This document shows positions 12,626-22,307 of a DNA stretch of 64,000 bases, piece by piece (the first letter of the stretch is position 1; each line of letters opens with the position of its first letter). The notes under the pieces were generated by a model. The model was not told the DNA's origin. It was given only the letters and a program-made list of their open reading frames with translations, and made no database searches. The DNA comes from the human T2T-CHM13v2.0 reference genome, Homo sapiens: assembly GCF_009914755.1 (NCBI RefSeq), contig NC_060926.1, one strand, 5' to 3'. Position numbers and translations under genes: made by a program.

Positions 12626-15285
12626 TGTCCTCCAGGGTCTCCCCACCGACAAACCTTCCCCTCTTTCCAGATTGTCTGTCAGCCCCAGCAGCAGCTTACA
12701 GGCCCAAGTCAGAGACTGGGGCTGCAGTTTTTACTCCCTTCTCTTTCTTAAACTGTACATCTACTTAATAAAAATAGTCAGCCAGTTATTTTAATCAAAT
12801 CCCCTTATTGCTATATTTTTATTTTATCAGAAGCTGAGGAAAAGAAATAGAAGCTTTCATACTTGAGGCGAACATGAATTTAAATTGCAATTTCCCCATC
12901 AGAGCTCTCTATCCTCAGGAGAGGGACCACAACAGAACCAAAACTTCCCAGTGGGGAAGGCCAGTGCTGTGAGCTGCTCAGGACAGGCATCTCCTGGGTG
13001 TGTCCCTCCTGGCAGGCGTTAGCAGTTGTCTAACAAAAACCTCCCCGTAAGCTCATGTCAAAAGGCATCTTAATCAAAAAGGTGTATATAGAAATTTTAG
13101 CTTATTTTCTTCAATTAGTTTTTTTTAAGAAAAAGAAAATACAGGTAATAATTCTTTTGTTGGTGATTATCTTATTGTCCCAACATTAATCTTGATTGTA
13201 GTCTTTCTCAGTGACTCTAATCCTCCTGGCCACTGTGCCATAAATTTTATGGTCATTTTCTATAATAAGCCACAATAAAAAAAAAGTCCATTTCTTCTGA
13301 ATGTTTACTAATTATATCCAATTAAATATATTTTATTATTTATAAAGGCATTTTAAATGACCCATATTGAAATTAACCTTTGCCATTAAGTGTCAAATTC
13401 TGTACAGAGCTAGACTATGTGATCGAGACTACACATCCTCTGACATTTCAGAGGCGGAAAGTGTCTCTTGTGGTCTGGAGGAATCAGAAAAAGATGTGAA
13501 GAAGGAAGTGGGACCGTCCCTATGCACCGGGCACAAGTCAAGAGAAGGAAGGACGGAGGACACATGGAGACCATGTGAAGAGCAGAGCTGACCCCAGGGT
13601 GAGGCCCCAACCCAAAGCCAGATCCTCTCTGGAAAGGTCAGATGTGAAAACTCAGTCCAAAGAAATTGCATGTGATCCCTTTAACCACTAACTCTTTCAC
13701 TACTCACCCCTCTGGTTTGCAAATGTTTAAAAAGAGAAGGTGCAAATTTCACTCCCCTCTTGGTCCCAAGACCATCAACAAATCTTACCCCTCATGATCT
13801 CAATTCTGTGTCTCCTCATACTGAGGCTCTGTGCCCCTCCCCATTCATACAGAGAAGCTGTGAAAGTCCTGGGTTTCCCACAAGCAGAGGCCAAAGAATG
13901 GCCAGTCCTCGCAGACAGAGCCTGCAGGCTAGGGACCTCCATGGCTCCCATCAGCCCCCAGCCCACCCAGCCTACAGAAAACAGAGCCCTTCCATGTATA
14001 TTCCCTTCTAAAGATGTTAGTGGATGTCTGGGTTCCTCTGGCTCCTAATCTTATACCACATTAGGAAAATGCTTCCCATTCAAAACACTAAAGCCCACTC
14101 TTAAAATGGAGTGATGAACAGGAACACCAAAAAGAAAGAGAGAATTTGGAGGAAAAAAAACTACTCAAAAGTAAGTTTTAAGTAAAAGATGCCCTCAAAT
14201 TTTCATACCATTTAAAAAGAGCTCATAGCGTCCATTTAGTAAGACTGAACCATTTTCATTACTAACCTATTGGAAATTGCATATGCCCTTTAATGCAAGA
14301 TTATAATAAAACCCAATCATGCAAGATTCCCAACAACAACAACAAAAAAAAGCAGCTCTCCTCAAAGCAAAGGTCGCCAGATACAAAGTAAATGCCAGAT
14401 TTTATCTAGCTGTTTGAGAACACAGTCTGCTGAGCTGATTTAAGCAAAGGCAGCTGCGTGTAGGTCATTTGTTTGTCCTGGATTTAGCCCTGAACTGAGC
14501 AGCACGAAGCAAAAAAGAGGCTGGACTCTCCTTGGCCACACGGACCTCTGCTCAGAAACAGGCCCATCTGCCCAGACTCACCTTGTCCCTTTTGTCCTCA
14601 ACTGAGTCCCTCATTGGACATATCCCCCACCCAGCACAAGACCAAATCTGCACCAACACAAGAGCCAAGTCAAAGGGACTGGCTAAATCTCCTGTAGTTC
14701 GAATAAATGCCAATAATTACAACCACATGCACTTCGTATACAGGTCCCAAATCTGAAGTCTCCTTCATCTTTTAAACCTCTGCTTGATGAGTCTTTGCAG
14801 AAAGTTCAAGTGACCTAATTTTTTCTAGAGTACCAGAAGTGATTGATGTTTATAAGGTACACCTTAGGCAATGCACAGAACAGAGATATTGGTCGACTCA
14901 TCAAAGATTAAATTATGTCCTACATAATTTTAAGTGTTATAAATATTGCAGTTAGTTGGGAATTAGTAATCCATCTAAAGTGCATATCTGTATGCGCATA
15001 GAAGACATTATTTGATAAATAATTATCGCTTAATAAGTATGTGCTAACATTATGCTTCCAGTGACAGAATGAAGCTTTAGGAAGGAAAAAAAAAGTCTCA
15101 AAATGTCAATGTAACTAAGAAAAAGATTTCAAACCTTCAGCATGGTAGTTCTCAAAGTCTGGATTCACAGCATCAGCATCATCTGAGAACTTACTGGAAA
15201 TGGAGGTTTCCATGATCCACCACAGACCTGCTGGATCAGAATCTCTGGGGATGAGGCCAGGTCTCCTGCCACCTAGCAAGCCCTC

Positions 15286-15308
15286 TGAAGGGGTGGGTTG
15301 CCCCTCCA
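15286..15308 (-). mobile_element. Terminal 23 nt of HERV-K LTR5 U5 (att site), inverted
   Basis: Reverse complement TGGAGGGGCAACCCACCCCTTCA is the LTR5B-type 3' terminus. Confidence 0.9.
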
Positions 15309-15432
15309 ATTCCATCACAGGCTTTTAAATACTCTGAGATTACATCTGAGCCTGCGGGAACCTTTCCTTTTAATGACTTAACGGCTGATTGACACTCAGG
15401 ATTGGCGTCTTCGTATGCCATCAACTCCACTA
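15303..15432 (-). pseudogene. gag: HERV-K (HML-2) gag fragment, capsid C-terminal region
   Basis: Translates VELMAYEDANPECQSAVKSLKGKVPAGSDVISEYLKACDGIGG, versus recalled HML-2 Gag VELMAYENANPECQSAIKPLKGKVPAGSDVISEYVKACDGIGG. Confidence 0.93.
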
Positions 15433-15579
15433 CGCCCATCTCCGCCACTCCGGATTCGGGGATCTGAACCCGACTCCCTTTCGATCCGCTGAGGGCAAGG
15501 GAGGCCATTGCCTGTCCCTTCGGAACGGCGCTCGCCCATCTCTCAGGACCGACTGACCCGTGTTCAACTGCTGTTTCAC
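15433..15579 (-). rRNA. 28S rRNA-derived fragment A (pseudogenic, upstream piece)
   Basis: Minus strand AACAGCAGTTGAACACGGGTCAGTCGGTCCTGAGAGATGGGCGAGCGCCGTTCCGAAGGGAC...GATCGAAAGGGAGTCGGGTTCAGATCCCCGAATCCGGAGTGGCGGAGATGGGCG matches mammalian 28S rRNA. Confidence 0.95.
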
Positions 15580-15691
15580 TGGACGCCGCCAGAACAGCGA
15601 CGCTTTCCAAGGCACGGGCCCCTCTCTCGGGGCGAACCCATTCCAGGGCACCCTGCCCTTCACAAAGAAAAGAGAACTCTCCCCGCGGCTC
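15576..15691 (-). rRNA. 28S rRNA-derived fragment B (pseudogenic, natively just downstream of A)
   Basis: Minus strand GGGGAGAGTTCTCTTTTCTTTGTGAAGGGCAGGGTGCCCTGGAATGGGTTCGCCCCGAGAGAGGGGCCCGTGCCTTGGAAAGCGTCGC...GGCGGCGTCC matches 28S rRNA. Confidence 0.95.
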
Positions 15692-15797
15692 ATTTTTCTT
15701 TCTCTACACTTTGTCTCTGTGTCTCTTTCTTTTCCAAGTCTCTCGTTCCACCTAACGAGAAACGCCCACAGGTGTGGAGGGGCAACCCACACCTTCA
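15690..15797 (+). mobile_element. HERV-K LTR5 (LTR5B-like) U5, last ~105 nt
   Basis: TTTCTTTCTCTACACTTTGTCTCTGTGTCTCTTTCTTTTCCAAGTCTCTCGTTCCACCTAACGAGAAACGCCCACAGGTGTGGAGGGGCAACCCAC.CCTTCA. Confidence 0.93.
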
Positions 15798-16554
15798 CCC
15801 TCCAGCTAATTCTGATATGGGATAATGTTGGAGAATCTCAGGACTAAAGGGAAGCCTTATTAGTGAGGAATCCTCTAAGCACGGCCTTGAAGGTCAGGTG
15901 AGATAACAGGATGCTAACAGATGAGGCCCCGAAGGGAGAAAGAGCCCAGGGGCAGAAAGCAGACGTTGTATTTGAGAACCAGCAAGAGTCTACTTTGGTT
16001 GAAATATACAATCCAAAAAGGTGAACAGCAGAAGTTGATGCTGGAAAAAAAAAAAAGATATAGCTCAGGTCATAAAAAACTATACTATATTCTGCAGGCT
16101 ATGAGATGTCAACGAGAATCTTACGAGAATCAACGGCAAGATCAAAGCTATCCATCAGCAAATATCTTTTGAAATCAGATTCACTACCACCTTATACATA
16201 ATACAAGATGACAGTGAAGTCAGGAAATTACACTGATCAGCCTTTTCTCCAAATATTCCTCTAAGGCTTTTCTACTGATAATCAAAAGATCCAAATTTAT
16301 AACTACAATATCCTTAGCATCTTAATTTTACATTTAGAAGTTCTGAACCATTTAACTGCAATAGAAAAGCTAGAAATGACATGCTGCTTTATTTCTCTTT
16401 GTAGACATTATCATTATCAGAGATGTCTCTCACTTAAGTGATGAAGACTTAAGAAAGCATCACCAGTATGAACAGATTACTTTTTTGTAATGAAAATTAA
16501 TAACCCTCTGAATTGCCTCCAGCAATAAGATTGAATGGCACAGTTAAAAGTAAT

Positions 16555-17065
16555 AAAGAGAAACTTAAATGTATATTACTAAGTGAAATGTATATTACTG
16601 AGTGAAGCCAATCTGAGAAGGCCACATACTGTATGATTCCAATTATAAGACATTCTGGAAAAAGCAAAACTATGGAGACAGTATAAAGATTAGTGGTTGC
16701 CAGGGGTTTGAAGGGAGGGAGGAATGAATAGGAAGAACACAAAGGATTTTTAGGGCAATGTAACTACTGAGTGTGATACAATAATGGTGGATACCTATCA
16801 AAACAAATGTGCCCAAACTCATAGAAGTACAACAGCAAGAGTGAACCCTAATGTAAACTATGGACTCTGGGTGTTAATGATGTATCAGTGCAGGTTCATG
16901 AAACATAACAAATGTGCCCCTCTGGTCCTCTGGTGAGAGACATTGATCAAGGGGGAGGCTGTGTGTTTTGAAGGAAAGAGGTAGAGAGTATATGGAACTT
17001 TCTATGCCTTCCACCTCAATTTTGCTGAGAACCTAAAACTGCTCTTACAAAATAAAACATATTTT
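16555..17065 (+). mobile_element. L1MC1/2-like 3' end
   Basis: TACTGTATGATTCCAATTATAAGACATTCTGGAAAAAGCAAAACTATGGAGACAG, GTGAACCCTAATGTAAACTATGGACT and CCTAAAACTGCTCT. Confidence 0.8.
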
Positions 17066-18025
17066 TTAAAGTATTAAAAAAAAGCCTCCCTAGAACAACA
17101 GTTGAGTGATTTTAGGAAATTTACTTAAAATCTTAGGTACTTAGAGGTCACTTGTCCACAGCTCCATTTTAAGCATCTAACTCCCTGACCATGAGCTTTT
17201 AGTTTTTCAGCTGAAGGCCACGGATTCCCACCATCTTCAACCAGACAGGGACCTCAGCCCATTCATCTGCCATCTGTTCCCTGTGACTCGCCCTCTCACG
17301 TCCCTTGGTCTTTCTTACCCAGCTTAATTTCCAAGGTCAATCATCATGACAGTTCCCTTTCATACACTACACTTTGATTGACTACTTCATCAGCTCTCTT
17401 GAAAATCAACCATGTAAAACTCACTTTCTGATCAAGTTGTGGATCTATGCCCAGGTCTGGGGAAATCCACATGACCAAGCTGGCTGTTAACGTACACTTC
17501 ATGCCTTAACCCCCAAGTGGGCAGTTCAGGCTGCTCAGCATTCTCACTGTAGTCCCTTAATGCACTCATTTACATGAATGTTTAATACCTTCTCCTCTTC
17601 CCCATTCTCATTCTCAGCTGAGGGCTTTGCTTCCCGCTATAGGTTGAACTATGTTTTCCAATGTGTTTGATGTTCTAACCATGGAACTCATGGATGCGAC
17701 CTTATTTGGAAATAGGGTCTTTGCACATGTAATCAAGTTAAGGTGAAGTTATACTGGGCAAGGATGGGCCCTAACCCAATGACTTCTGTCTTTATGAGAA
17801 GAGAGAAATTTGAACACAGAGACGCATGGGAGTACACCATGTGAAGATGGACGCAGAGGCTGGAGGCAAGTGTCTATTATGCAAGCCAAGTTTTCAGCAA
17901 CCCCCTGAAGCCAGGGAGAGGTATGGAACAGATTCTTCGTTAGGAACCAACCCTGCTGACACCTGGATGTGGGACTTCCAGCCTCCCAAACTGTGAAAGA
18001 ATCAATTTCTGTTGTTTTAAGCCCT

Positions 18026-19811
18026 CATGATAGTTAACTTAATGTGTCACCTTAATTGGGCCATGGGGCCCAGGTATTTGGTCAAACATTATTCTAAGTG
18101 TGTCTATGAGGGTGTGTTGGGTGAGACTCACATTTGAATTGGTAGACTGAGTAAAGCAGATTGCTTCTCCTAATGTAGGTGGGATTCATCCAATTAGTTG
18201 AAGGCCTCAATAAAACCAATGGGCTGACTCTCCATCAAGTAAGAGGAAATTCCTCCTTCCTAATCTCTTGGAGTGGGTACATCAGTCTTTTGCTGATTTT
18301 GGACTCACACTGAACCATCAGCTCTTCTTGGGTTTTGAGACTGCTGGCTTTTGGACTAGAACTCCTACCATCATTTCTGCTTCCCAGGGTTTTGGACCCA
18401 GACTGGAACCACATCATTGGCTATCCTGTGTCTCCAGCTTGCCAACTGTAGATCTCTAATATCACAGCCTCCATCACTGCAAAGCCAATTCCTTATAATA
18501 AATCTCTCTCCTTCTCTCTCTCCTCGCTCTCTCTCTTTCTATATATATATATATATCCCATATATATATCCCCTATATATATCCCATATATATATCCCCA
18601 TATATATCCCATATATATATCCCCTATATATATCCCATATGTATGTATATATCCCATATATATATCCCATATATATATATCCCATATGTATATCCCATAT
18701 GTATATCCCATATATATCCCATATATATATATCCCATATATATATATCCCATATATATATATCCCATATATATATCCCATGTATATATATCCCATGTATA
18801 TATATCCCATATATATCCCATATATATATATCACACATATATATCCCATATATATCTATCCCGTATATATCTATCCCGTATATATATATATCCCGTATAT
18901 ATATATCCCGTATATATATATCCCGTATATATATATATCCCGTATATATATATCCCATATATATATATATATCCCGTGTATATATATATCCCGTATATAT
19001 ATATATCCCGTATATATATATATCCCGTATATATATATCCCGTGTATATATATATCCCGTATATATATATATCCCGTATATATATATCCCGTATATATAT
19101 ATATCCCGTATATATATATATATCCCGTATATATATATATCCCGTATATATATATATATCCCGTATATATATATATCCCGTATATATATATATCCCGTAT
19201 ATATATATCCCGTATATATATATATCCCGTATATATATCCCGTATATATATATATATCCCGTATATATATATCCCGTATATATATATATATATCCCGTAT
19301 ATATATATATCCCGTATATATATATCCCGTATATATATATCCCGTATATATATATATCCCGTATATATATATATCCCGTATATATATATCCCGTATATAT
19401 ATATCCCGTATATATATCCCGTATATATATATATCCCGTATATATATATCCCGTATATATATATATCCCGTATATATATCCCGTATATATATATCCCGTA
19501 TATATATATCCCGTATATATCCCATATTGTATCCCATATATGTATCCTATATATGTATCCCATATATATCCTACATATGTATCCCATATATATATCCTAT
19601 ATATATAATCCCATATATATACTATATATATACTATATATATATCCCATATATATACACTATATATCCTATATGTATACTATATATCCTATATATATGCT
19701 ACATATATATATCCTACATATATATCCTATATATATATCCTATATATATCCTATATATATCCCATATATATATATTCTATTGGTTCTGTTTTCCCAGTGA
19801 ACCCTAATACA
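18026..19811 (+). mobile_element. MLT2B-like ERVL LTR containing an expanded minisatellite
   Basis: TATTTGGTCAAACATTATTC, GGTAGACTGAGTAAAGCAGATTG, TTCCTTATAATAAATCTCTC and an end CTATTGGTTCTGTTT...GAACCCTAATACA. Confidence 0.85.
18540..19775. repeat. Compound (TA)n-CCC[A/G] minisatellite, ~1.24 kb
   Basis: Units of ~11-21 bp. CCCA units on the left, ~40 CCCG units at 18860-19514, degenerate CCTA/CCCA units on the right. Confidence 0.97.
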
Positions 19812-20069
19812 GCCTCCCAGTTTGTGATACTTTGCTATAGCAGGCCTAGGAAACTAACACACATCCTATCTCTGAAAACACTTATGCACACAGAAGAGAG
19901 CTTTTCTAAGCTCACATCCCTCAGCATCTGTCTGCCAAGACTCCATCTTGCCTCATGTTTCTCTAGATGCCCTCGCTATACTCCTATGGATGGCCAATTG
20001 GTCCATGTGCACACTGATCCCATCCCCTCCTGTCTACTTAGGGATGCTGCTCCAGCAAGTCTTTCCCCC

Positions 20070-22307
20070 TGTATTAGTCTGTTTTCATGCTGCTGATAAA
20101 GACATACCCAAGACTGGACAATCTACAGAAAAAAAGAGTTTTAATTGGGCTTACAGTTATACATGGCTGGGGAGGCCTCACAATCATGGGGGAAGGTAAA
20201 GAGGAGTAAGTCACATCTTACATGAATGGCAGCAGGCATTCATGTAAAGAGAGCTTTGCATCCTGCAAAGAGAGCTTGTGGAGGAAAACCCCCCCTCATA
20301 ATAACCATCATATCTCATGAGACTTACTCACTATCACAAGAATAGCACAGGAAAGACCGCCCCCATGATTCAATTACCTCCCACTGGGTCCCTCCCACAA
20401 CACGTGGGAACTGAAGATGAGATTTTGGGTGGGGACATAGCCAAATCATATCATTCTACCCCTGGTCCCTCCCAAATCTCATGTCCTCACATTTCAAAAC
20501 CAATCATGTCTTCCCAACAGTCCTCCAAAGTCTTAACTGATTTCAGCACTAACTCAAAAGTCCATAGTCCAAAATCTCATCCAAGACAAGTCAGGTCCCT
20601 TCTGCCTACGAGCCTGTAAAATCAAAAGCAAGTTAGTTACTTCCTAGACACAATAGGGTACAGGCATTTGATACATACAGCCATTCCAAATGGGAGACAT
20701 TGGCCAAAACAAAGGGACTACATGCCCCATGCAAGTCTGAAATCCAGCAGGGTAGTCAAATCTTAAAGCTCCAAAATGACCTCCTTTGACTCCATGTCTC
20801 ACATCCAGGTCATGCTGATGCAAAAGGTGAGTTCCTATGGTCTTGGGCAGCTCCACCCCTGTGGCTTTGCAGGGCACAGCCTCCCTCCTACCTGCTTTAG
20901 TGGGCTGGCATTGAGTGTCTGCTGCTTTTCCAGGTGCACGATACAAGCTGTCGGTGGATCTACCATTCTGGAGTCTGGAGGATGGTGGCCCTCTTCTCAG
21001 AGCTCCATTAGGTGACACCCCAGTAAGGACTTTGTGTGGGGGCTTTGAACACACATTTCTTCTCTGCACTGCCCTAGCAGAGGTTCTCCATAAGAGCCCT
21101 GCTCCTACAGCAAACTTTGGTGTACTAGCAGGCTCAACACAAAGTGGAAGCTGCTAAAGCTTGAGGCTTTCACCCTCCGAAGCCACAGCCCAAGCTCTAT
21201 GTTGGCCCCTTTCAGTCACAGCTGGAGTGGCTAGGACACAGGGCACCAAGTCCCTAGGCTGCATACAGCACAGTGACCCTGGGCCCAAGCCACAACAACA
21301 TGTTTTCCTCCTAGACCTCTGGGCCTGTGATGGAAGGGGCTGAGATGAAGACCTCTGACATGCCCTGGAGACATTTTCCCCATTGGCTTGGGGATTAACT
21401 TTTGGCTCCTCATTACTTATGCAAATTTCTGCAGCCAGCTTGGATTTCTCCTCAGAAAATGGGACTTCCTTTTCTATTGCATTGTCAGGCTGCAAATTTT
21501 CCAAACTTTTATGCTCTGTTTCCCTTTTAAAGCTGAATGCCTTTAACAGCACCCAAGTCAACTCTTGAATGCTTTGCTGCTTAGAAATTCTTCTGCCAGA
21601 TACCCTAAATCATCTCTCTCAAGTTCAAAGTTCCACAAATCTCTAGGGCAGGGGCAAAATGCTGCTAGTCTCTTTACTAAAACATAGGAAGCGTCACCTT
21701 TGCTCCAGTTCCCAACAAGTTCCTCATCTCCATCTGAGACCATCTCAGCCTGGACCTTATTGTTCGTATCACTATCTGCATTTTTGTCAAAGCCATTCAG
21801 CAAACCTCTAGGAAGTTCCAAACTTTCCCACATTTTCCTGTCTTCTTCTGAGCCCTTCAAACTGTTCCAACCTCTGCCTGTTACTCAGTTCCAAAGTCAC
21901 TTCCTCATTTTTGGGTATCTTTTCAGCAGCACCCCACTCCTGGTACCAATTTACTGTATTAGTCCATTTTCACACTGCTGATAAAGACATACCCGAGACT
22001 GGGCAATTTACAAAAGAAAGAGGTTTAATTGGACTTACAGTTCCACATGGCTGGGGAGGTCTCATAATCATGGCAGAAGGCAAGAAGGTGCAAGTCACAT
22101 CTTACATGAACGGCGGCAGGCAAAGAGAGCTTGTGCAGGAAAACTCCCCCTTATAACAACCATCAGATCATGTGAGACTTACTCACTACCACGAGAATAG
22201 CATGGGAAAGACCAGCCACCATGATTTAATTACCTTCCACTGGTCCCTCCCACAATACCTGGGAATTCAAGATGAGATTTGGATGGGGACACGGCCAAAC
22301 CATATCA
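20070..22307 (-). mobile_element. Near full-length THE1A provirus (LTR 20070-20453, internal 20454-21954, LTR 21955-22307)
   Basis: Two TGTATTAG...CATATCA LTRs flank THE1-int. Minus-strand ORF remnants such as 'WESLELPRGLLNGFDKNADSD' are typical of MaLR internals. TSD CCCCC/CTCCC. Confidence 0.93.

Larger units (their letters stand above)
15286..15797. mobile_element. Chimeric HERV-K(HML-2)-integrated element: inverted U5 tip + gag fragment + two 28S rRNA fragments + U5, with 5-bp TSD CCCTC
   Basis: Starts TGAAGGGGTGGGTTGCCCCTCCA and ends TGGAGGGGCAACCCACACCTTCA (22/23 inverted match). CCCTC lies at 15281-15285 and 15798-15802. Confidence 0.9.
15143..15841 (+). mobile_element. MER5A (hAT-Charlie), split at 15285/15803 by the HERV-K/28S chimera
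   Basis: GTTCTCAAAG...CAGCATCAGCATCATCTGAGAACTT...CAGACCTGCTGGATCAGAATCTCTGGGG...CAAGCCCTC|CAGCTAATTCTGAT. Removing the insert and one TSD restores consensus-like CAAGCCCTCCAGxTxATTCTGAT. Confidence 0.85.
17636..19861 (+). mobile_element. MLT1B/C LTR (17636-18025 plus 19812-19861) split by MLT2
   Basis: GACCTTATTTGGAAATAGGGTCTTTGCA and ACCAACCCTGCTGACACC...TTTCTGTTGTTTTAAGCC|CCCAGTTTGTGATACTTTG. Confidence 0.85.

Noticed and set aside
15433-15691. Functional rRNA gene
   Set aside because: Only ~260 nt, rearranged and mutated, with no rDNA context
15286-15797. Reading the chimera as a DNA-transposon MITE, an SVA, an R2 element or an L1-made rRNA pseudogene
   Set aside because: The TIRs are LTR5 U5 ends. 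There is no VNTR, hexamer or poly(A), no long TSD, and no R2 sequence
16567-16606. Small local duplications (19 bp here; others at ~12240, ~32517, ~42457)
   Set aside because: Ordinary slippage duplications
18540-19775. Possible CRISPR-like repeat-spacer array
   Set aside because: No unique spacers. It is a simple-sequence minisatellite in a primate LTR
18417-20096. Long ORFs (up to 559 aa) on both strands, rich in I/Y/P/S/R
   Set aside because: Artefact of a stop-poor TA/CCCG tandem repeat that is open in multiple frames
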